In this document: positions 55,404 through 64,000 of the stretch, in pieces
How the letters are laid out: each line of letters begins with the position of its first letter
Numbering within the stretch: the stretch's first letter is position 1
Assembly: GCF_009914755.1 (NCBI RefSeq)
Contig: NC_060925.1
Source of the DNA: the human T2T-CHM13v2.0 reference genome, Homo sapiens
DNA length: 64,000 nt
Reading direction: 5' to 3' (one strand)
The notes under the pieces: generated by a model
Seen by the model: only the letters and a program-made list of their open reading frames with translations
What the model was told of the DNA's origin: nothing
The model's database searches: none
Position numbers and translations under genes: made by a program

Positions 55404-56764
55404 CATTTCCTATCTTTTTTCTCAACTCTTCTCCTAAGAACTGAAATCAATTTTAATTCCCACATCCATGCCATCCAATCCATCTTCAGTTATCTTACTT
55501 GCAGGAATTTAGAGAAAGAAAAGAATTAACGTTATGCCTTTTCTTGGCCTTAGTTGCTGGTGTCTTTCCAACCTCTAAAAGAACCAAGAGCACTTCCTGT
55601 ATATCGTCACTAAAAGCTCTTGAACTTGGAGGCTCAGGCAGCCTGTGATACTATTCATTGATAGAGAGCCCTTAAAATGTGAACGTGTCCTGACCAAAAA
55701 CTTCCATCTAAGTTCATTTCAACCTCTGAAAAGGTTTCTCTGAGCATTGAGTAGAATTGAAATTTCACTGAGTGCTTTCTCTGTAAGGCCCTATCAGAGA
55801 CACAAAGATGGATAAGAAACAACTCCTCTTGTGAAGCAGAAATACACAAATGTACAAAGACTGTAACACAAGAAGTCAAAGAGTGCTTAAAGAGGAAACA
55901 CAAAGGCCCTGGAAAATGTGAGGGAAAGACAGCTCATATTTAGCTGTGAAACCAAGAAAAGCCTCATGTAAGGAGGTGGTCTGCAAGCTGGACTTTGAAA
56001 GAGGGTTAAGAAAATGGGCCCAGTGGGTGGAGGAAGGAAAACTTGGGATAGAAAATCCAGTGTGTCAAGGAAATAGTGAACCATGAGGAGAGAAATGGAT
56101 AATTATGGTCATAGTTTAAATTAAACACTTACTCAAATCAGCTAGTTTTCTTTCTTACTAATTTAACTTTAACCTTGCTCTCAAATCTCATTACAAAAAG
56201 ATAAGCATGCGTCAAAGAGTTATATGTCACACATCACTTCCAGAAAACCCGTTCCAGAACTTTAGAAATGTTAGAAAACAACTTGCCTTTAAAATTTAAC
56301 ATGGTTTTTGCACTAGTCTGTTTCTAGTTCTGTGCTTCTTCAATGTCACTTACACACACACACACACACACACATACAATACACACAACATAGTCCTGCA
56401 TACTATTGCTTAGGAAAGATTTTTACTACATTAGCTACTTTATTTCCTGCCAGAAACCGTATCTGATTCATTGTTTAAGTACTAAATAAAAATATAAAGA
56501 GAAGAACAGAACAGAAAATTGGTAAGTTTGAACAGTCAGGTTTTTCCAGTAGATACCTCAGGAAAAAATACTTGAAATAATGTAAATCAACATACAGTGA
56601 ATACATGGGGCACAGGGGAAAACTGTTATGAATTAAAGATGTTTGATAAGTGTGCATGCCATATTTGGTATATTTAACCTTTAGCTATTGTTGTGCTAGT
56701 GCTATACTTTATATATTTAAGACTCAATTTGGTATGTTAGTCAAAGTTTTGCATTGCATTATTT

Positions 56765-57030
56765 TTTAAAACTTTTTTCTAGCTTTATCAATGTATAACT
56801 GGAAAATAAAAATTACATATATTTAAGGTATATAATGTGATGATTTGATATACATTGTGAAATAACTACTACAATCATACTAATTAAATCTAGCATCTCA
56901 CATAGTTACCATTTTGTGTGTGTGGTGAGAACACTTAAGGTATATTCCTTTAGCAAATTTCAAATATATAGTATAGTATTATTAACTGTAGTCACCATGC
57001 AGTACTTTATACCCCCAAAATTTATTTTTT
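56765..57030 (-). mobile_element. L1MA/MB 3' end
   Basis: AGTTACCATTTTGTGTGTGTGGTGAGAACACTTAAG...TTAACTGTAGTCACCATG. Confidence 0.8.
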
Positions 57031-57505
57031 GTAATTGAATAATTTTTTATTAACATTATTTTTAACCAACAAATCATAATGGTGTACATTCGTGAATGGG
57101 ATATGATGTGATGGTTCAATACATGTATACAATGTAGAATGATTCAATCAAGCTGATAAACATATCCCTTATGCTTGTTATCATACTTTGTGGTAAGACA
57201 TTTGAAATTTAACCTATTTTGAGATATACAATGTATTATTGACTTAGTCACCCTGCTGTGCTATAGATCTCAAAATCCTATTCTTCCTAAGTGAAACTTT
57301 ATAACCACTGACCAACAATTTCCCATTCCCTCCCTTCCCTCCCCTCCCCCTGCAACCTCTGGTAACTACCATTCTACTCTCTCTTTTATGAGTTTGACAT
57401 TTTGAGATTGCCCATGTAAGTGAGATCTTGCAGTATTTGTCTTTTTGTGCCTAGGCATATTTCACTTATAATGCCCTCCAGGCGGCTCCATGTTTTTGCA
57501 AATGA

Positions 57506-57908
<403 letters not shown>

Positions 57909-58681
57909 TAATCTGTTGATGGACACTTAGGCTGATTCCTTATCATGGCTGTTATGAATACTACTGCAGTGAAATATGGGACTGTTGATAACTCTATAAC
58001 ATATTGATTTCAATTCCTTTGGATATATACTCAGAAATAGGATTGCTGGATCATGTGGTAATTCTATTTTTGGTTTTTTGGGGAACTTCCATACCATTTT
58101 CCCATAATGACTGCACCAATTTACATTCTCACCAACGGTGCACAGGGTTTGCTTTTCTCTACATCCTCACCAACACTTGTTATCTTTCATATTTTCAATA
58201 ATAGCCAACAGGTATAAAGTGATACCTCACTGTGATTTTAATTTTGCATTTCCCTAGTGATTAGTAATATTGAGCATTTATTCACATCCTGTCAGTCATT
58301 TATATATCTTTTTTTGAGAAATGTCTGTTCAGGTCCTTTCCCTATGTTTTAATTGAGTTACTTGTTTCCTTGCTACTGAGTTGTTTGAGCCTCTTATGTA
58401 TTTTGGACATAAATTTCTTATCAGATGTATGGTTTGAAAATAAGTTTTCCCACTCGCAAATTGTCTGCCTTTTCACTTTGTTAATTACTTCCTTTACTGT
58501 TCAAAAGCTTTTTATTTGATGCAATCTCATTTGTCCATTTTTGCTTTTGTTGGCTATATTTTTGGGTTCATATCAAAAAAATCCATGACCAGACAAGTGT
58601 CATGGAAATTTTCTTCTGTTTTGTTCTAGTAGTTTTATAGTTTCAGGTATATATTTAATTCTTTTGTCCATTTTAAGCTGA

Positions 58682-58831
<150 letters not shown>

Positions 58832-61800
58832 TGATGTGAGATAATAATTCAATTTAATTCTTCTACATTTGGATATCCAGTTTTCCCAACACTACTTATC
58901 AAAGAAACTATCTTTTTTTCCCATTGAGTGTTCTTAGCACCTTTGTTGAAAATCACTTGAATGTAAATGTGTGAGTTTTATTTGTAGGTTCTCTGTCCCG
59001 TGCCATTGTTAAACGTGTCTGTTTTTAATGCCAGTGTCATGCTATTTTGATTACAACTACTTTATAATATATTATGAAATCAGGGGGTGCAATGTCTTTG
59101 GCTTTGTTCCTTTTGCTCAAGACTGTTTTGGCTCTTCAGGGTTTATGTGGTTCCATAAAATTTAACAATTGTTTATCTCTATTTGTGAAAAATGCCATTG
59201 AAATTTTGATAGGGATTGCACTGAATGTGTAGAGCACTTTGCATAGTATGAACATTTTAACAATATTAATTCTTCCATTCCATGAACACAAGATATCTTT
59301 CCATTTATTTGTGTTTTCTTTAATTTTTGGCATCAGTGTTTACAGTTTTTGGTATACAAATATTTCCCCTACATGATTAAATTTACACCTAAGTATCTTA
59401 TTTTTTGTTGCTAGTATAAATGAGATTTTTTTCTTCATTTCCTTTTGAAATAGTTTGTTATTTGTGTATAGAGGTGCTAATGATTTTTCGTGTTGAGTTT
59501 GTATCCTACAGCTTTTCTGAATTCATTTACCAGTTTAACAGTTTTTTGGTGGAATCTTTACAGATTCCTATCTTATGTATATAAGATCATGTCATTAGCA
59601 AGCAGACAATTTCACGTCTTCTTTTCCTATTAGGATGCCTTTTATTTCTTTCTGTTGCTTAATTGCTTGGTCTAGGACTTCTAGAGTTATGTTGAAAAGA
59701 AGTCATAAGAGTGAGCATTCTTATTTTATCCCTGATCTTAGAGGAAAAGCTTTCAAGTTTTCACTGTTGAAAACTTCACAGTATGTTAGTTTCACTATTG
59801 AAACTTTCACAGTATGTTAGCTGTGGGCTTATGATATACAGCCTTTATTGTGTTGAGGCACATTTCCTCTATACCTAATCTGTTGAGAGTTTTTATCATA
59901 ATAGGGTGTTAAATTTTGTCAAACGCTTTTGTGCATCTATTGAGATAATCATTTAGTTTTTGTGCTTCATTCTGCTAATGTAGGGTATCACAATTTTTTA
60001 TTTGCATATGTTGAATCATCCTTGTATCCCAAAGATAAATCCCACTTGATCATGATGCATAATTGTTTTGATGTATTGTTGAATTCAATTTGCTAGTATT
60101 TTGTTGAGAATTTTTGCATTTATGTTTATCAGAGATAATGGCCTGTAATTTTCTTTTTCTGAGGTGTCCTTGTCTGGCTTTTTATCAGGTTAATGCTGGC
60201 CTTGTAAAATGAGTTTGGAGGTATTCCATTCACTTCAATTTTTTGAAACAGTTTGTGAAGAATCAGTATTAGTTTTTCTTATTTTATCCCTGATCTTAGA
60301 GGAAGACATTTTGTTACTGATTAAATCTCCTTACTTATTATCGATCTATTCAGATTTTTTATTTATTCTTGATTCAGTCTTGGTAGATTGTATGTGTCTA
60401 GGAATTTATTTCTTTTAGGTTATCCAATTTGTTGACATATAATTATTCATAGCAGTTTCTTATGATCCTTTGTGTTTCTGTGGTTATCAGTTATAATGTT
60501 CTCTTTTCATGTTTGATTTTATTTATTTGAGGCTTCTCTCTTTTTTAATCTAGCTAAGGTTTTGTTGACTTGTTTTTTTAAAAAAATGTTCGTTTCATTG
60601 ATTTTTTTTCTATTGTTTTTCTAGTCTCGCATTTATTTATGCTGTGATCTTCATTATTTTCTTCCTTCTACTAACTTGAGGCTTATTTTGTTCTTCTTTT
60701 CCTACTTTTGTGAAGTCAGATGTTAGATTGTTTATTTGAACTCTCTTCTTTTTGGATATAGGCATTTATTGCTATGAATTTCCCTTTTAGAACTGTTTTT
60801 GGGGCATCCCATAAGTTTCTATACATTGTTTTCATTTTCGTTTGTATCAAGGCATTTCTTGACTTCCTTTTTTGTTTCTTCTTGACTATTGATAATCAAT
60901 TACCCATTGGTTATTCATGAGCATGTTGTTTAATTTCCACATATTTTATATTTTCTGAAATTCATTCTTTTATGATTTCTAGTTTTGTACCACTGTGAAC
61001 AGAAAAGATACTTATGATTTCACTCCTCTTAAATGTAAGACCTGTTTTGTGACCTAAAATATGATCTATCTTGGAGAATGTTTAATATGCCCTTGAGAAG
61101 AGTATGTATCCTAATCCTGTTGGACTGCATGTTCTTTAGACATGTTAGGTCCATTTGATCTAAAGTGTAAGGGGGGTGAGTATAAGTCCACGCGAGTATA
61201 AGTACAAGTCCAGTGTTTTCTTTTTGATGTTCTATCTAGATGATTTGTCCATTGTTGAAAGTGGCATATTGAAGTCCCATAATATTATTGTATTGCAGTC
61301 TATATTTCCCTCAGTTCATTTAATTGCTTTATATATTTAGGTTGGGTGCATATATATTTACAATTTGCATATCCTCTCGATAAATTGGCCTTTTAATCAT
61401 ATCTTTGTCTCTTTTTAAAGTTTGTAACTTTAAGTCTATTTTGCCTGATATAAACATAGCTACCCCTGCTCTCATTTGGTTTCCATTTGCATGGATATCT
61501 TTTTCTATCTTTTCACTTTTCACTCTATGTATCTCTTTACTAGTAAAGTAAGTCTCTTGTAGGCAGTATAGAGTTGGGTCTTATTTTTTTAACCCAACCA
61601 GTCATTCTGTCTTTTGATTGGATAATTTAATCTATTTACATTCAAGGAATTATTAATAGGTAAGGATGTATTATTGCCATTTTAAAGTTATTTTTGGTTG
61701 TTTTGTAGATTCTTTGTTTCTTTCTTGTCTTTTTTGTGGTTTGGTGGTTTTCTGTGGTGGTATGCTTTGAATCTTTTCTTTCTGTTTTGTGAAACTACTT

Positions 61801-62526
61801 TAGGTTTTTAATTTGTGGTTACCATGAAACTTATATAAAATATTTTATATTTAGGCTGTTTTAATCTGACATCTTAATTCTAATTGCATACAAAAATTCT
61901 ATATTTATACTCACCTCCTTATATTTTATGATATTGACTTCAAAATGTACACCTTTTTGTGATTTGTATTTCTCAACAATTTATTGTACCTGTAGTTGTT
62001 GTTAATAGTTTTGTGTTTTACCTCTCATATTAGAGATAAAATTGCTTTCCACATCACCCTTACAATATCAGAATATTTGGAATATAATTATGTATTACTT
62101 ATTTGATTGACTTTTGTACTTTCATGTGTTTTATGTTGTTAATTAGCAGTCTTTCATATTAGCTTAAAGAACTTTCCCTAGAAATTCCTATTAAGAAGGC
62201 TTAGTGGTGATTAATTTTCTTAGTTTTTGTTTGCCTGGGAAAGGTTTTGTGTTCCTCATTCCTGAAGGACAGCTTTACCAGATAAAGCATCCTTACTTGG
62301 CAGTTATTTCCCCCCAGTACTTTGAATATTCATCCTACTTCTCCTTGTCTGCAGCGCTTTTGCTAAGAAATCTGCTGACAGATGTATTGGGACTTACTTG
62401 TATGTGGCATATCTTTTGTATTTTGCTGCTTTCAGAATTACTGTCATTGATTTTTGAAGATTTTATTATGATGTGTCTTGGTGAGTTTCTCTTTGGTTTG
62501 TATTTGATTGCAGAGATCTAAGCTTT

Positions 62527-62943
62527 TGTATTAGACCATTCTTGCATTGCTATAAAGAAATACCTGAGACTGGGTAATTTATAAAGAAAAGAATTTACCA
62601 TTATTGCAGGCTGTACAGGAATCATGCTGCTGGCATCTGCTCAGCTTCTGGGGAGGCCTCAGGAAACTTAAAACCATGGTGGAAGGTGAAGGTGCAACAG
62701 GAACATCACATGGCCAGAGCAAGAGCAAGAGAGAGTAAGGGCTTGTTGCTACACACTTTTAAATGACAAGATCTCATGAGAAATCACTCACTATCATGAG
62801 GACAGTAACAAGAGGGATGATGCTAAACCATTCACGAGATATGCCCCATGATCCAATCATCTCCCACCAGGCCCCACCTCCAACATTGGAAATTATAATT
62901 AAAACATGAGATTTTGGTGGGAACACAGATCCCAACCATATCA
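62527..62943 (-). mobile_element. MSTA solo LTR in L1MA
   Basis: TGTATTAGACCATTCTTGCATTGCTATAAAGAAATACCTGAGACTGGG...AACCATATCA; TSD GCTTt/GCTTc. Confidence 0.9.
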
Positions 62944-63493
62944 GCTTCCTATACCTGGATGGTGGTGTTTTCCCAAGATTTGAGAAATTTTCACTCAATA
63001 GTTCCTTAAAAATGCTTTGTTGGCCTTTTCTCTCTCTTCTCCTTCTAAACACCTACTACGCAAAGTTTAGTTCTCTTGATGGTTTCCCGTAACTCCCACA
63101 GGCCTTCTTCATTCTTTTTTATTCTTTTCTCTTTTTGTTCCTTTGACTGGATAATTTCCAATATCCTGTCATGGAGCTCACTGATTCTTTATTATGATTT
63201 AGGAAGCCTGCTACTGAAGTTTTCTACTAAATATTTTTGTTCACTTATTGTATTTTTATTTCTAGGATTTTTCTTATTTATAATTATTTCTATTTTTGTC
63301 AAACTTATTTTGTTCATGAATTGTGGCTTTTGATTGGATAATTTAATCTATTTACATTTAAAGTTGACAAGTTAGGACTTTCAAAAAGTTGCCATTTTGT
63401 TCATTGTTTTATGAAGGTTATGTGGTTCCGTTGTCCTTTGTTTCCTTCTTCTCTTGCTATCATTTTTTTTACATTTGAATAACACAGGATTTC

Positions 63494-64000
63494 TTTTATT
63501 TTTATTTTTTAACTTGTATTTTAAGTTCAGGGGTACATGTGCAGGATGTGCAGGTTTGTTACATAGGCAAATGTGTGTCAAGGGGGTTGGCTGTACAGAT
63601 TATTTCATCGGCCAGGTGTTAAGCCTAGTATCCATTAGTTATTTTTCCTGATATTCTCCTTCCTCCAACCCTCTGCCCTCTGGTAGGCCCCAGTGTATAT
63701 TGTTCTCCTCTATGTGTCTAAGTGTTCTTATCATTTAGCTCCAACTTATAAATAAGAACACATGGTATTTGGTTTTCTGTTCCTGCATTAGTTTGCTAAG
63801 GATGATGGCCTCCAGCTCCATCCATGTTTCCTCAAGGATCTAGAGACAGAAATGCCACTCAACCCAGAAATCCCATTACTGGGTATATACCCAAAGGAAT
63901 ATAAATCATTCTATTATAAAGACACACGTATATTTATGTTCATCGCAGCACTATTCACAATAACAAAGACATGGAATCAACCTAAATGCCCATCAATGAT
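63494..64000 (-). mobile_element. L1PA (about PA11-13) 3' end with 5' inversion, running off the window
   Basis: Minus-strand 3'UTR from 63494 to about 63832, then plus-strand ORF2-end sequence (CCCAGAAATCCCATTACTGGGTATATACCC...). Confidence 0.88.

Overview
AT-rich, repeat-dense primate (very likely human) intronic DNA. One protein-coding exon is recognisable: a 49-nt minus-strand exon (37925-37973) encoding (G)DPRTYDPDFKGPVAN(R). This matches, from memory, the N-terminal region of choline transporter-like protein 5, so the window appears to be two long introns of SLC44A5 around one exon. The rest is a layered transposon record: 12 Alus plus a FLAM, L1PA/L1MA/L1M and L2/MIR/CR1 relics, MaLR LTRs (THE1, MST, MLT1), a solo HERV-K14 LTR14A, and Tigger/Charlie/MADE1 DNA transposons. 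Nearly all supplied ORFs are repeat-derived or chance. I do not see a new gene system. The best leads are small-scale: a Sox-Oct composite motif inside a TALE-site cluster, candidate poison/micro/recursive splice features, a MADE1 miR-548-like hairpin, a perfect DUX4 motif in an MLT1 LTR, templated-insertion repair scars, and a twin-primed L1. Subfamily names come from remembered consensus sequences, and boundaries of old repeats are approximate.
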